A stretch of 64,000 bases of DNA from Octopus sinensis (Eukaryota), in assembly GCF_006345805.1 (NCBI RefSeq), contig NC_043004.1:105462001-105526000 (forward strand), in the 5' to 3' direction. The translations under genes and the position numbers were made by a program. Every line of letters begins with the position of its first letter. Within the stretch, counting starts at the first letter, position 1. The notes under the pieces were generated by a model. It did not search any database. It worked only from the letters and a program-made list of their open reading frames with translations, and had not been told where the DNA came from. This document shows positions 11,276-24,370 of this stretch, piece after piece.

Positions 11276-11778
11276 AGGTAGAAAGATAAATACAAGTAGG
11301 CTTAATGTGTATATTTTCATGGAATACAACAGAGTATAAGAAAAAGAAACACAGTAAATGAAAGGAGTTATATAATAGTCTTATCTTAACAGCTGTTTCA
11401 GGAATATCATGGCTTATGCTGTAACTATGTTCATATGCTGTAACTATGGTCATACATAATAATACCCATGATGTCAAAGGTGTGTGTAGCATCACCAGTT
11501 CCAATGGATTTGTTTGGCATTTACTATTTTTCTTCCACTGAGGTTAACCTGTCATTGCCTAACAAATCCATAGGAACTAATATTATCATACACACCCATG
11601 ACATTATGGGTTTTTATTATATATAAATGTGGTTACAGCATAAGACATGGTGAGCTTGAGAAAAGCTATTAAGATAATTCTGTAAATTTACTTTATTTCT
11701 TTTTTCCATACTCTGTATTTTGTATTGTCAAGAAAAAATATATATTCAGCCTATTTGTGTTCATCTGCCTTTCTACCT
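11276..11778. repeat. long imperfect palindrome (about 500 bp)
   Basis: Outer arms aggtagaaagataaatacaagtaggc / gcctatttgtgttcatctgcctttctacct; inner arms gttccaatggatttgtttggca / tgcctaacaaatccataggaac. Confidence 0.85.
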
Positions 11779-11829
11779 ATATATATACATGCAGGGTGCA
11801 GTGAATATGTTATCATCTAAATTATGCAA

Positions 11830-11980
11830 CTAGAAAAGCACTCGGAGAGCGCAGACTTCCACCAAGCAGCTCATTTTCCCCCCATATACACATATGCTGA
11901 AAATCGCCCAATTTTCCAAACCAATGCCGGCAAAAATATAACCTCCTTGGCAGGGTTAAAAAAAAAAACAGACTGGAAGA
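11830..11980 (-). mobile_element. Helitron-like 3' terminus
   Basis: Minus strand reads GCGCTC-TCC-GAGTGC hairpin, TTTT, then CTAG|T, the canonical Helitron 3' end layout. Confidence 0.5.
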
Positions 11981-11984
11981 GATA

Positions 11985-12562
11985 CACAGACATGCAGGAA
12001 ATAAATAGACACCTTTAATTTTCAAAATCTTATATTTGATATTAATTGGTTGAAGGAAAGGTCATCTTCTAGCTGCTCGTCCATAATACCCAAGCTTATG
12101 CAGATATGTAACACATGTTCTTGGACTAACTTCAAGCTGTTTTGCAATGTTAAAAGCCTTCGAATGGGGTTCATTTTCCACAATTCTCTTCAAACAGCAA
12201 AGCTACTTTCTGAGGGCCCAGGTTGGCTGAGATGAGAATCTGTTGATTCTTTTCCTTGGCTCTTGAATTGCACTATAATTCTATTAACAGTAGCAAGAGG
12301 AATTTGAAGATTTTTTGGCAATTTTTCACTGGCTAAGACCAGCCTCAGATTGCCCAGTGATATGACCTCTTTGAAAATCTGACAGTTCTGCTGAATTTTT
12401 TGTGCGTAGCATGGTCACTCTTTGCAAATGTTCAATATAATGGCACCTGGAATGAAAAAGAATAATTACATTGTAAATTCTGCACCGCTGAAAACATATT
12501 AAGACACTTAAATCAGAAATTTTGAAAATTAAAGGTGTCTATTTACTTCCTGCATGTCTGTG
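11985..12562 (-). mobile_element. internally deleted Tc1-like element with TIRs and TA TSD
   Basis: 43-bp TIRs cacagacatgcaggaa(a/g)taaatagacacctttaattttcaaaa with one mismatch, flanked by TA. From 12412 the minus strand reads [49 protein letters not shown], a Tc1 HTH N-terminus. Confidence 0.88.
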
Positions 12563-12822
12563 TATTTCAAAGAATTGGAAAATTCTGCCTATTCTTGACT
12601 AACTTGATATCTTTCCAGCTTATCATATAAGGTCAAAGGAGGATAACTCTTTTACCTTTTTACTTTTTATTTTTTATATTTTAGTTTTTGTTTTCATTTT
12701 CCATTTTTTGTTTTCCATTTTCTGTTTTTTACTTTCTGCATTTTCTATATGCTGCCTTCTCAGTTTTTTTTTTACATTTCTTCTATTATTCAAATTTTTT
12801 AGTTCGTTATGATATGTGGTTT

Positions 12823-12876
12823 GCACCTGAAGAATATGTTTGAGTATTTCTCAACATATGAAACTATTAGTAGTGC
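12823..12876 (+). ncRNA. type I hammerhead ribozyme motif (family H2)
   Basis: GCAC-CTGAAGA-ATATGTTTGAG-TATTT-CTCAACATAT-GAAAC-TATTA-GTA-GTGC: 4-bp stem I, about 10-bp stem II, ACT/AGT stem III and an intact core. Confidence 0.8.
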
Positions 12877-13014
12877 TTAAATACATGTATTGTGCCCTTT
12901 AAATAAATAATATTTATTTCTCACCAGATGGTGTACGTTTTTTGTTGAATTCTCTATCATGGAACAGCAAATTATATATATTATATATTATATATATATA
13001 TATATATGTATGTA

Positions 13015-13224
13015 GTTAATCCAAACATGAAAACACAAAGAGAAAACACAACAACGCGAGGACGTGGAACAAGTATAGTGTTATTGGACGCTCAGGAAAG
13101 GAAAGAAGGAAGGAGGATTTAACGTTTCGAGCGGAGCTCTTCGTCAGAAACATAGGAAAAGGAAAGATCCAAGGCAGGGAAGACGGAGAAAAAAAAATCA
13201 CCAACAATACACACGCGGTCACAT
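13015..13224 (-). mobile_element. H1 pLTR-like repeat with intact hammerhead (13116-13151)
   Basis: Minus strand: GTTT-CTGACGA-A-GAGC-TCC-GCTC-GAAAC-GTT-AAAT. Confidence 0.78.
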
Positions 13225-13245
13225 TTTTGATATATATATATTATA

Positions 13246-13266
13246 TCTATTATATAAAATCCGTTC

Positions 13267-13297
<31 letters not shown>

Positions 13298-13700
13298 CTT
13301 CTGGGATCTTGGGCATCCTCCATCCGATTGCGCTCAGATTTGATATGTAGATACTGATGGTTTCAAGGAATGTATAAGTCTTGGAGAAATTGCAAAAATC
13401 GATTCCAGGAGAGAATGTGATCGATAAAGCTGTTTTTGTCCTGCTTTTCTTCCGTCAACCTGTACATAACTGCACCTTCCATTTTTTGTTGTTTTTGTAC
13501 AGCTTAAAGGCACGTTTCTTTCCTGCCAAGCTTACTGTTTAAACCATGTTTGTGTTCTCCCAGTCAACAGCCTTATCGTTACTGGTACTTTAAACTCTTC
13601 GGTTGCATATTTGTGTGAATAAAATCGTTTTTCTTTAGAATAGAAAAACAGTCTATCTTTATTTCTTCTTTTGCTGGTGTCTCAAATTTAGGTTAAATCA
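13246..13700 (+). mobile_element. probable non-autonomous Helitron-type element, 5' part
   Basis: Starts TCTATTATATAAAATCCGTTCTGTCTG(TG)n, typical of the 5' ends of non-autonomous Helitron-like elements. The 3' end was not located. Confidence 0.4.
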
Positions 13701-13899
13701 GTGTTTCTCAAAGGGGAGGCCTATGGGACGGTCGGACAAGTTGTTTTGAGAAGATTTGGTTTAACTGTTTGACAACTCAGCACCAGCCATTGGACGGGGG
13801 TAGGGGTGGGGGGCATTTTGCTCGTTTTATATATATGCTTACATTTGTGGATGGGTTTCTTTTCCTTGTTAAGTCTTCTCCAGTGTCATGAATTATCAG

Positions 13900-14110
13900 T
13901 GAATATGGCCTTTGTCATATTTTGCTAGAGAAGTAGCATCTTGAGTTCAGTCTTGACCATTTTATACCAAGTCTTTTCTGGTGTTCCTCTTCATATTCTC
14001 CATTCATTTTGAGTGTGTGACTCTTCTGTAAGCAGCTTTCATCTTTCATACGTATCATATGCCCATACCAACATACCAACGTAGACTTCTCTCTTGCACT
14101 CCACATCTAA
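13900..14110 (-). pseudogene. RTE LINE ORF2 C-terminal fragment
   Basis: WYGHMIRMKDESCLQKSHTL motif. Confidence 0.75.
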
Positions 14111-14898
14111 TTCATTTTATATTTAGTTTTTCTCTCAGCTCATTAATATTCCATCATATCTGCACATTATAGAGAACGAGAGAGCAAGAGGTGGGCGAGA
14201 GAGTGAAAGAGCTATGTGTATAAATGTGGATTATATATATATATATATTTATATGTGTGTGTTTACTGCATTGCATTTACGTATACATTTGTACATGTAA
14301 GTTCGTTATCGTCATTATATTATGTGTGTGTGTATACATATATTTAAATACACACGCATAACACACACACAACTATATATATATATGTATATGTGTATAT
14401 ATATACATGTATACACAATTACACTCATATATACATTTCTATAGTTTCCTCTCTTTCTGTTGTGTGTTCCTCTTTCACTGCGTATATGTGTGTGTACATA
14501 CATATATATGTGCACGTCCACATGCACACACACACACACATGCCCACACACATGCACGCATGCTCATACATACATGTACACACACACAAATGCTTATATT
14601 TCAATGCCTTTTATTTCTTTAAACTGTTGCTTACACTTTCTAATTTTCTTCTCCTAAGAGAACGTAATAAACTGTTTATTCAAACGAACATTTTCTCCTT
14701 CTTTTCTTGTTTACTGTCTTCAATCTATAAAGTAGAAAATGAAAATTAACTATAATAATATTTTATACTAACTCTGTTCATATACAGTGGATGTAAATAT
14801 TTTCTAATCGATTTTCAAGTTGATTTGAGAGATTCATGTGGATGAAATAGTAAAGAATAAATAATAGTGGTAGGATTAGAAGAAGAGAGGCAAGAGCT

Positions 14899-14975
<77 letters not shown>

Positions 14976-15811
14976 AAGAGAGGAGACAAACAGAGAGAGA
15001 AAGAGAGAGAGAGAGATGCAGCGTTATGTAGGAATTTTAAATTACAGGATATGAAAGCATAAAACCTTTGATATTGCTGCTTGTGCAAAGTGTATGTATG
15101 TAAGTATATGGGTATATCTTTGTGAGTGTGTGTGTAGTATGTATGCGTATATGCACCGGTTATTTTTCAAATTTCTCACAAATAAAGAACGATCCGGTGT
15201 CTAACTCAAAAACAAGGTACTTACATTGGGATTTAGAAAACATCAACAGGGTAGCCTTACGTACATGTATGTATGTATGTATGCATGTATGCATGTATGT
15301 ATGCATGTATGCATGTATGTATGTATGTATGTATGTATGTATGTATGCCTGTGAGTATCTGTGTATACATGTATATTCCAGTTTATTTTCCAAACTTTTT
15401 GCTGATGGAGATAAACTGTTGGTTTCTTAACCAGAAACAAGGTTCTTTTATTGGGGATTTAGCATCAATGCATGTGTGTGTGTGTGTGTGTGGTGTGTGT
15501 GTGTGTGTGTGAGCATAAAGTTCTTGTATTGATTTAAATAAATGAGGGTCCCATTTGTTTGATCTCTTCCTTATAAATTGTTGAGTTATTTCCATGACAT
15601 TTGCATCCTTAATGTAATTGAAAAGCAGCATCAATTTCATACTGTGTATACAAAACTCATTTCTTGAATCGCAGTATTCTGTCTATAAAATGTCCTTTTG
15701 CAAGGGATAGGTCAATGTAAAACTAATGGCATAAACATCTTCCTGGAAAAAAAAAAATGTGTATGCATGTATGCAAGTATGTGTGTGCCCGTGTGCATAT
15801 GTGTGTATGTA

Positions 15812-16335
15812 TACATCATCATCATCATCATTTAACGTCCATTCTCCATGCTAGCATGGGTTGGACGGTTCGACCGGGGATCTGGGAAGCCAGTGGCTGC
15901 ACCAAGTTCCAATCTGATCTGGCAAAGCTTCTACAGCTGGATGCCCTTCCTAACGCCAACCACTCTGAGAGTGTAGTGGGTGCTTTTACATGCCACCAGC
16001 ACGAGGGCCAGTCAGATGGTACTGGCAATGGCCATGCTCAAATGGTGATTTTTACGTGCCACCAGCACAGGAGCCAGTCCAGCGGCACTGGCTACAACCT
16101 CGCTCAAATGTTTTTTCATGTGTCACTGGCACAAGTGCCAGTAAGGCAGTAACAATCATGCTCAAATGGTGCTTTTTACATGCCACTGGCATGGAAGCTA
16201 GTTAGCTGCTCTGGCAACGATTATGCTTGGATGGTGCTCATAGCACTCCACTAGTACAGATGCCAGTCATTGAATTTGATTTCGATTTCGATTTCACTTG
16301 CCTCAACAGGTCTTCGCAAGCAGAGTTTAGTGTCC
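15812..16335 (-). mobile_element. 5'-truncated RTE 3' UTR with tandem subrepeats and (GAT)n tail
   Basis: Same 3' UTR as the one linked to the ORF2 end at 33850-34582. Confidence 0.8.
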
Positions 16336-17099
16336 AATGAAGAAATGGTATGCATCACATATATATGCATATGGATATATATATAAAGTAAAAAGTTATC
16401 TTCTTGAGTCATACTGACACATAAGGGCCGGTTTCCTGGTTTCCACAACATATAAATTCCCCACCTTGATGGGATGGCAGCCTGCCACAAGATTCCTCAT
16501 TTTTGCCAGCTGAGTGGACCGGAGCAATGCAAAATATAGTGTTTTACTCAAGAACAAAACACATCACCCAGTCCAAGAATCGAAACCATAATCTTATGAT
16601 CATGAGTCTAACACACTAATCACTAAGCCACACACCTCTACAAAAGCAAAATTAAATCCACAGGAATTTGAACTTTGAACATAAAGGTGGACAGAATGTT
16701 GCCAGACACTGGTCGGCATGGTAACGATTCTGCAGCTCACTGCCTCATGGATATATACAGGAACTAAGCAAGCAGGAACTTCCTAAGAGTCAGCTTCATT
16801 CATTTAAATGATGTGTTTAATTCCTGAGAAAGCATGAAAGTCAACTAGATGTTAGCTATTCCCAATGTTCTGCAAAATTAACAGAAAAAATGTATATATA
16901 TACATATACATACATGCATACATACATGCCATACATATACATATATACATACATACATACATACATACATACATACATTGATTGTCAATAATACTATATT
17001 TGTTCCACGTCCTCGCGTTGTTGTTTTTTTTGTGCTTTCTTGTTTGGATAACTATATATATATATATATATATATTATTATATATATATATATATATAT

Positions 17100-17278
17100 G
17101 AAAGCACCCACTACACTCACACAGAGTGGTTGGCATTAGGAAGAGCATCCAGCCGTAGAAACACCCAGCATCAGACTGGCCTGATGCGGCCTTCCAGCTT
17201 CACAAACCCCAGTTGAACCGCCCAACCCATGCTAGCATGGAAAGCGGACGCTAAATGATGATGATGCTGATGATGATA
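17100..17278 (+). mobile_element. RTE 3' tail
   Basis: ggttggcattaggaagagcatccagccgtagaaac...catgctagcatggaaagcggacgctaaatgatgatg. Confidence 0.8.
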
Positions 17279-17514
17279 TACATATCAAACATACATACAA
17301 GATGCAGCAGAAAAACATCCCACGTTTTGCATAGTCTTAAGTGTAGCACTAGTGCAGTTAGGTAAATTACTATGGTGACTTAATATAACTAAGGTTTTAT
17401 GGGTTTTTTTCAATTGAAATCATTGTTTGGACTGGTGCACGCCTGCTGAAATGTTTATGAAGAATAGTGAATGTGATACTATTCACTACATCCTGTTGTG
17501 TGTGTGGTGTGTGT

Positions 17515-17551
<37 letters not shown>

Positions 17552-18058
17552 GTGTGCATGTGTATTTTGTATTTGCCATGAAATAATGCTGCAGTTTTGA
17601 TAAACTGTAACTATTTCGAAAAATAGTATCACCCTAATATGAAATCACCTTACTAATCTCTAACACATACTATATAGTAAGCAATATTGAATTCTCTTCA
17701 TACAACAAACAAATCAAATATGACAGTGACAATGAGCAGAGACGTAACTGAGAGAGCCAAAAATACATTTTATATAACTGATGAATTACCCTCATCAGCT
17801 ACCAATCAGATATCATCATGATTTCAACACCTTAAGGCAGGGTTACTACTTTTGATGGTGTGAAACAATATTAAAAAGTATTGTATCACAATGGAAATAG
17901 TCATGCTCAAAATGCAGAAAAGGAGTAGATATAAACTCTGCTGTTTTGCCTATTGTTAGCTTTGGACATAGAAGAGCTGTAATAGAATCAAAGGCATTGA
18001 GACAATACATGTTAACAGCACAATAGCTATATACTCTCTTAAATGCATAGTTGACTCA

Positions 18059-18295
18059 TTAGAAGTAGTTGATGGTTTGTTACCTAGGTAACATCATTTG
18101 CAGAGGAAGTGATTGTTCTGAAAGAAGAGTATCCAGAATAAAAACTTGGAGAAAGTTTAAGGAGCTGACAAAGATGGCCTTTTCACTCAGGTAGAAGGGC
18201 GAATGGATTGTATGATGCTTGTATCAGACTTGCAATACCCCCATTTAGTGAGACATGGGATTTGAATGCAGAAAACTCATGAAAGCAAGAAAGGA
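18059..18295 (+). pseudogene. RTE RT C-terminal fragment
   Basis: LEVVDGL..LGNIICRGSDCSE..RIKTWRKFKEL..FSETWDLNAE, degenerate. Confidence 0.65.
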
Positions 18296-18438
18296 GTAAG
18301 ACAATCATACTCTTTAAAGTCACAGGTGATAGGAAAGACATTCAGCCAAATAACACATATCAGCACCAATCTGTGGAAGCAATGACTTATCAAACCCCTG
18401 CTATTATAGAAAGCAGAAATGAAATGATGATGAAGATG

Positions 18439-18482
<44 letters not shown>

Positions 18483-18550
18483 ATACATATATACAAGGTG
18501 GTGGGGACTGAAAAGTTCTTGGCTTTGGTGGGTAAAAGAAAATACAGGAG

Positions 18551-18949
18551 TATACTCTTTTACTCTTTTACTCTTTTACTTGTTTCAGTCATTTGACTGC
18601 GGCCATGCTGGAGCACCACCTTTAATCAAGCAACTCGACTCCGGGACTTATGCTTTTGTAAGCCCAGTACTTATTCTATCGGTCTCTTTTGCTGAACCGC
18701 TAAGTAACAGGGACATAAACACACCAGCATCGGTTATCAAGCAATGCTGGGGGGACAAACACAGACACACAAACACACACATGCATATATATATATATAT
18801 ATATATACGACGGGCTTCTTTCAGTTTCCGTCTACCAAATCCACTCACAAGGCTTTGGTTGGCCCGAGGCTATAGTAGAAGACACTTGTCCAAGGTGCCA
18901 TGCAGTGGTTGGTAAACAAGCTACTTACCACACAGCCACTCCTGCGCCT
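18551..18949 (-). mobile_element. SINE family A, full length
   Basis: Reverse complement of 10193-10610 with a (CTCTTTTA)n tail. Confidence 0.9.
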
Positions 18950-19593
18950 ATGATTATGATTTTATTCAACATATTCTCCTCTTAGATTCACACACTTATT
19001 GCATTGGTCTTTCAATTTTTCTAAGCCCTGTAAAAGAACTCAGAAGGTTGGTCCTCCAGCAAGGCTTTTTGTGATGCCCTTTAAGTCAGAAACTTTTCAG
19101 CACCCCCCACCCCCTCATATGTATGTATACAGGAGAAGGAAAACTGATATAACGTCTGTAACTTCATTTGTATGTAATGATGTAGACAAGTTGTTCTTTT
19201 TGGACAAGTGCATACATTGTTTCGAGAGTAGGATTGGCACTCACTTTAAAAAGATTCAGATTCAAGAGCAAGCATCATTTGATTCTTAACATCTCTATTA
19301 TCTGTTGCATGACATAGCTGGCCATAGCGGAGCAAGGCAAAACGATGAATGATTCCCTGATGGAATGAAGGCATGTGTAAACGTAGTTGGCCAGCTCTCC
19401 TAGCACCTGTTACAAAAGGTACCTATTGTTGGCACATCTTTATAAAAGAGTGTTGGTCCCTAGCAGGATTGAAAACTTACATATGTGCTGCTTATGCTTC
19501 AGAGAACAACCAAGCAATTACATTGCTCGAAATCAAGTGCAGCCATCATTATGTGTGTGTGTGTATATATATATGTGTGTGTGTGTATGCGTG

Positions 19594-19664
<71 letters not shown>

Positions 19665-20272
19665 TGTTTTTTATGTATATGTTCTGTGTGTGTGTGTATG
19701 TGTGTGTGTGTGCATGTGTATCTGTGTGTGTATGCATATGCATATACACACATGCATGTGCATACACAGACACAAAGGCATTCAATCACAAATAGTAACA
19801 GCCGTAATAATGTGAATGGATAATTTCTCTCATGATCAGCAATGCTACTTTCTCCTATAATCTTGACCTTGATACCATTTTCATTGATATAGTAAAAAAA
19901 AGAACAAAAAATAAAATCAATCAATATATATGAGGTAGATATCTATTAACTAATGATTATTTCTCCCCAGACTATGCATGCATACAGAGACGCAGACACA
20001 CACACACACTCACACTCAGACATACACACAAATGTATGTATATGCATTCACATATATGTATCTATTTATATATGTGTATATATATATCTCAACTATATAT
20101 ATATATATATTATATATATATTATATATTACACAATATGTTTTTCATGTATGTCAGTCTGTAAATGTCTATACTGTGAATGTGTGATGGTATGCAATGTA
20201 TGTATGTATGTATGTGTGTGTGTGTTATTCTGTGTGTCTGTGTATATATATATATATATATATGTATTATAT

Positions 20273-20339
<67 letters not shown>

Positions 20340-20793
20340 TAATGTCTATGTATACATACGTATGTACATATGATACTACTCATATATTATGTATGTATGT
20401 ATATGTACATACATACATACATGCATATAATCAATAATTATATATCTAATATATACGTTTCTATTCAATGAACCCAAATTTCCAATGAGACTCAGTGAAG
20501 CACTAAGAAGTTCTTTTGTCCTTTCTCTTTTTCTCTTTTTCTCTCAGTGTGTGTGTGTGTGTTTGTGTATACATGTACACACACATACATATTTGTGTAC
20601 TTATGTGTGTATACCTACTTATACAAGAGCAAGGAAATGTACTCAAGAGACATATACACACACGCAACTATATGCATGTGTGTGTGTGTGTGTGTGTGTT
20701 TGTGTGTGTGTGTGAGTAAGTGTATGTGTGTGTTTGCATACCTGCATTGGTGTGTGAGTGCTTGTTTAAAAGAAGCAATCACCAATCTGTTAC

Positions 20794-21044
20794 CTGTGCA
20801 GCTGGTACGTTTATGCAAAGGAATTCTGTCTATGAGACAAGAATAAATATTCTGTTGGAATTTAAGTGTCTGCCTTTGTTTCCTGCTTTTTGAAGCTAAA
20901 ACCTGATTCATTGCATGCTCGAAAGTCATATTATTTTTAATAGCTTTTAATTGGCATTTCAGTATCAGTGATTGGTTGCTAGTCACAGGACAGGAGTTCA
21001 AATTCTGTACAGTTTCTTGCTCTTTTAAATATACTCTACCTACA
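20794..21044 (-). CDS. internal coding exon of an unidentified host gene (251 nt, phase 2 to 1)
   Basis: Acceptor tttgctttttattttcacatatacag, donor CAG|gtaaca, 83 open codons VGRVYLKEQETVQNL...IDRIPLHKRTSCT. Phase matches the upstream 56-nt exon. Confidence 0.7.
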
Positions 21045-21257
21045 CTGTATATGTGAAAATAAAAAGCAAATATGAATAATGCACGAATAATATATGCATG
21101 TATGTATGCATGTATGTATGCATGTATGTATGTATGTATGTATAAATAAAATGGGTGGCTTATTAGCAATTTCAAGGCAAGTTAATAGAGGTCACTTTAG
21201 TGATCTCTGTTAATATATATATATATATGTATTATATATATATATATATATATAATA

Positions 21258-21291
<34 letters not shown>

Positions 21292-21292
21292 G

Positions 21293-21327
<35 letters not shown>

Positions 21328-21380
21328 GGAGAGAGAGAGGTGGGAGAGAGATATGTATAGGTAGATAGATAGATAGATAG

Positions 21381-21420
<40 letters not shown>

Positions 21421-21424
<4 letters not shown>

Positions 21425-22592
21425 GTCATTCAGAAGGAAATGTCCAATTTCCTTGTACACCAAGTTTGACAGTCGTTAACTCTAATGTTTAATCCTGACA
21501 ATTCTTTGTTTTACAACATTGAAGAGTTACATCATCACTTTTTGAAATGCAATTCATGGTGTCTGATGATATTGTGAGTTTTCTCTTGTAAATCAATTTT
21601 TGTGAATCCATGGATAGATAAAGAATTTGTGCTGTTTATAAATATGAGTCCCGTTGTGGAGCCAATGCAGTTTGAAACATCAATGAGGTGTTTGGTGAAG
21701 ATGTGGTGAATGAACACACTGTACATCGATCGTTTGAGAAGTTCCAGTCTGGTGACTTTACTCTTGAGGATCAGCCCCATGGTTGATCTGAGACCAAGGT
21801 GGATAATGATGAGCTGGAAACTGTAGTGGAAGTGGATACATCTCAAACTACGTGTGAGTTATCAGCAAGGTTTGATGTTTCAATTCTAACCGTATTGGAC
21901 TATTTGAAACATTGGCAAGGTAAAGAAACTGGACAAATGGGTCCCATATGAACTGAACGAGCATTAAATGACACATCATCTTCAAACTTGCTGTTGTTTG
22001 CTGTCACAGCATAAAAGCGAAGCATTTTTACAGTGTATCGCTATGTGTGATGAAAAATGGATTCTTTCCAACAATAGCAAGTGTTCTGCACGGTGGCTGG
22101 ATAGAGACAAAATGCCAAAACACAATCCAAGAAAGAATATTCACCAAAAAGAGCTAACAGTGTCTGTTTGGCGGTCCAGTGCTGGTGTCATTCACTACAG
22201 CTTCATGAGACCTGGTAAGTCAATTACAGCAGATGTATACATCAACCAATTGGATGAAATGATGAGTGAACTTGCAATTAAACAACCAAGACTGGTCAAT
22301 AGAGACAGGTCGATTTTTTGCAAGACAATACTTGACCACATGTTGCACAAAGAACACTACTCAAGTTACAGGAACTGAACTTGGAACATACTCTGTCATC
22401 CACCATATTCACCAGACCTTGCACCAACTGACTGTCACATTTTCCAGGCATTAGACATCTTTTTGTAAAGAAAAAAACTTTGAATCTGAAGAAGATGCAA
22501 AAACAGCTTTTGTGATTCATCACCTCTTGCTCTCCAGAATTCATTGCTGCCGGCATAAATAAGCTACCAATAAAATGGCAAGATTGTGTTGA
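21421..22592 (+). mobile_element. decayed mariner transposon (transposase pseudogene about 21610-22590), right TIR missing
   Basis: Motifs WVPYEL, CDEKWIL, HPPYSPDLAPTD (after frameshift) and KLPIKWQDCVDN. Multiple stops and frameshifts. Confidence 0.92.
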
Positions 22593-22640
22593 TAATATAT
22601 ATGTATATATAGAAAACAAAGTTATTTTATTCCACATGGG

Positions 22641-23270
22641 TAGAAAATACACTGAGAATAGTTAAAATATTTTTTATTATTAATATATTTAAAGCTTTAA
22701 CCGGTTTTCACATTTCACACTGATTTTCAAAAAGTTCAAGTGGAAAGACATGGCTTTATGTCACAGCTGTCTAGCTTCTGACTAGTGTTTGTAGCTTGCC
22801 CTGTTTTTATAGGGAGTTCATGGCTCAAATTAGTATATGTTTTGAATAGGATTTGATAGGTAGAAGATAGTCACATGGCTGGTCTTAGAAATTATTGTAG
22901 GCTCCCCGCTATGTCCATGTGTTAGCATCAAGTGACAATGTTTGGCATCGTAAGTTAAGGCTGACACAGTTACGACACCAAACATTGTCACTTTATACTA
23001 ACACATGGACATAGTGGGGAGCCTACAATAATTTCTAAGACCAGTCATGTGACTGTCTTCTACCAATCAAATCCTTTCAAAACGTATACTAATTTGAGCC
23101 ATGACCTCCCTATGAAAATAGGGTAAGTTTCAAACACTAGTCAGAAGCAAAACAGCCAAGCCACATCTTTCTATTTGAACTTTTTGAAAATTAGTGTAAA
23201 CTCTGAAACCAGTTAAAGCTTTAGATATATTAATAAGAATATATTTTATCTATTCTCAATGCATTTTCAA
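22641..23270. repeat. long imperfect palindrome (about 630 bp)
   Basis: Arms such as cttagaaattattgtaggctccccgctatgtccatgtgttag / ctaacacatggacatagtggggagcctacaataatttctaag, with a centre near 22950-22970. Confidence 0.92.
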
Positions 23271-23387
23271 CTTCTATTTTTCCTATGTATGTATGTATAT
23301 ATATATATATATATCATCATCATCATCATCATCGTTTAACATCCGTTTTCTGTGCTAGCACGGGTTACACACACATACACAGATATA

Positions 23388-24242
23388 CAGGGTGCAATGT
23401 ATATTTTTTTAATATTTTTTATTTCATGCATGTGCATTGTTTGCTTTGGATTTTGTTGACTAAACAATAAAGTAGGGTCAGTTGGGCACTGTCTGTGAGA
23501 AAAACACCACCATTGTGCAATTCACTCAGCCAGAATTTTGGAAACAACATGCTGCATTGCTTGACATTCACACTGGAAGCTCCAATACAAACAGGTGATA
23601 AACACACGGAACAACTGTTGACTTGCTGTGTCCCCAAAACATGTACCAAGAGTGATAAAAATCAAACATCCGCTCAACATCATGGTGTTTGGAGTGACCA
23701 CTAGTGATGGCGACGTTATACTTCCATTCATCTTCCCATACAGCCTCACACTCAACATGGAGGCCTATATCAATTGCCTGGAGGAGGTGGTGCTGCTCTG
23801 GGTCACTATGGCAACAGATTCTGCCCCATGCCACACAAGCAAGAGAACCCAGTCGTGGCTGTCAAACAATCTCTACGACCACACCATTCCTAACATCTGG
23901 CCACCTAATTCCCCAGACTGCAACCCCCTTGATTATTATGTGTGGGGCACAGTTGAGCGAGAGACCAACAAAACTTCTTGTAATACCAAAGATGAACTGC
24001 AGGCAAAAATTATGGCAGCGTTCATCATCTTAAACAAGGAGACCGTCCAGAAAAGTTGCAGGAGATTCCAAAGTCCTCTGGAGGCCATGGTTGAAGCCAA
24101 TGGCGATTTTATTAAACAAATTTACTCTTTAGTATTTCAAGATACTTCTATGTAATTTTGGTAAATATATCTGCTAAAAGGAGATGTCGGAGTTATTTTC
24201 ATTTTTGCCTAATTTAGATGACAATACATTCACCGCACCCTG
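23388..24242 (+). mobile_element. internally deleted maT-family (DD37D) Tc1/mariner element
   Basis: Ends CAGGGTGC.../...GCACCCTG flanked by TA. ORF 23628-24155 contains DSAPCH...WPPNSPDCNPLDYYVWG with 37 residues between the two Asp. Confidence 0.9.
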
Positions 24243-24315
24243 TATACACACACACATATACATACATACATACATACATACATACATACATACATACATA
24301 CATACATACATACAT

Positions 24316-24370
<55 letters not shown>

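Noticed and set aside
15500-15682. Open minus-strand frame TEYCDSRNEFCIHSMKLMLLF...
   Set aside because: No donor site before it runs into a CA repeat, and its phase does not match the upstream exon.
17778-17798. CTGATGA-attaccc-TCATCAG hairpin as a hammerhead
   Set aside because: No downstream GAAA core, and the CTGATGA is itself sequestered in the stem.
19770-19857. Phase-1 candidate exon GESSIADHERNYPFTLLRLLLFVIECL following the 251-nt exon
   Set aside because: The phase fits, but competing AGs precede the acceptor and there is no convincing donor before the microsatellite. Left unannotated.
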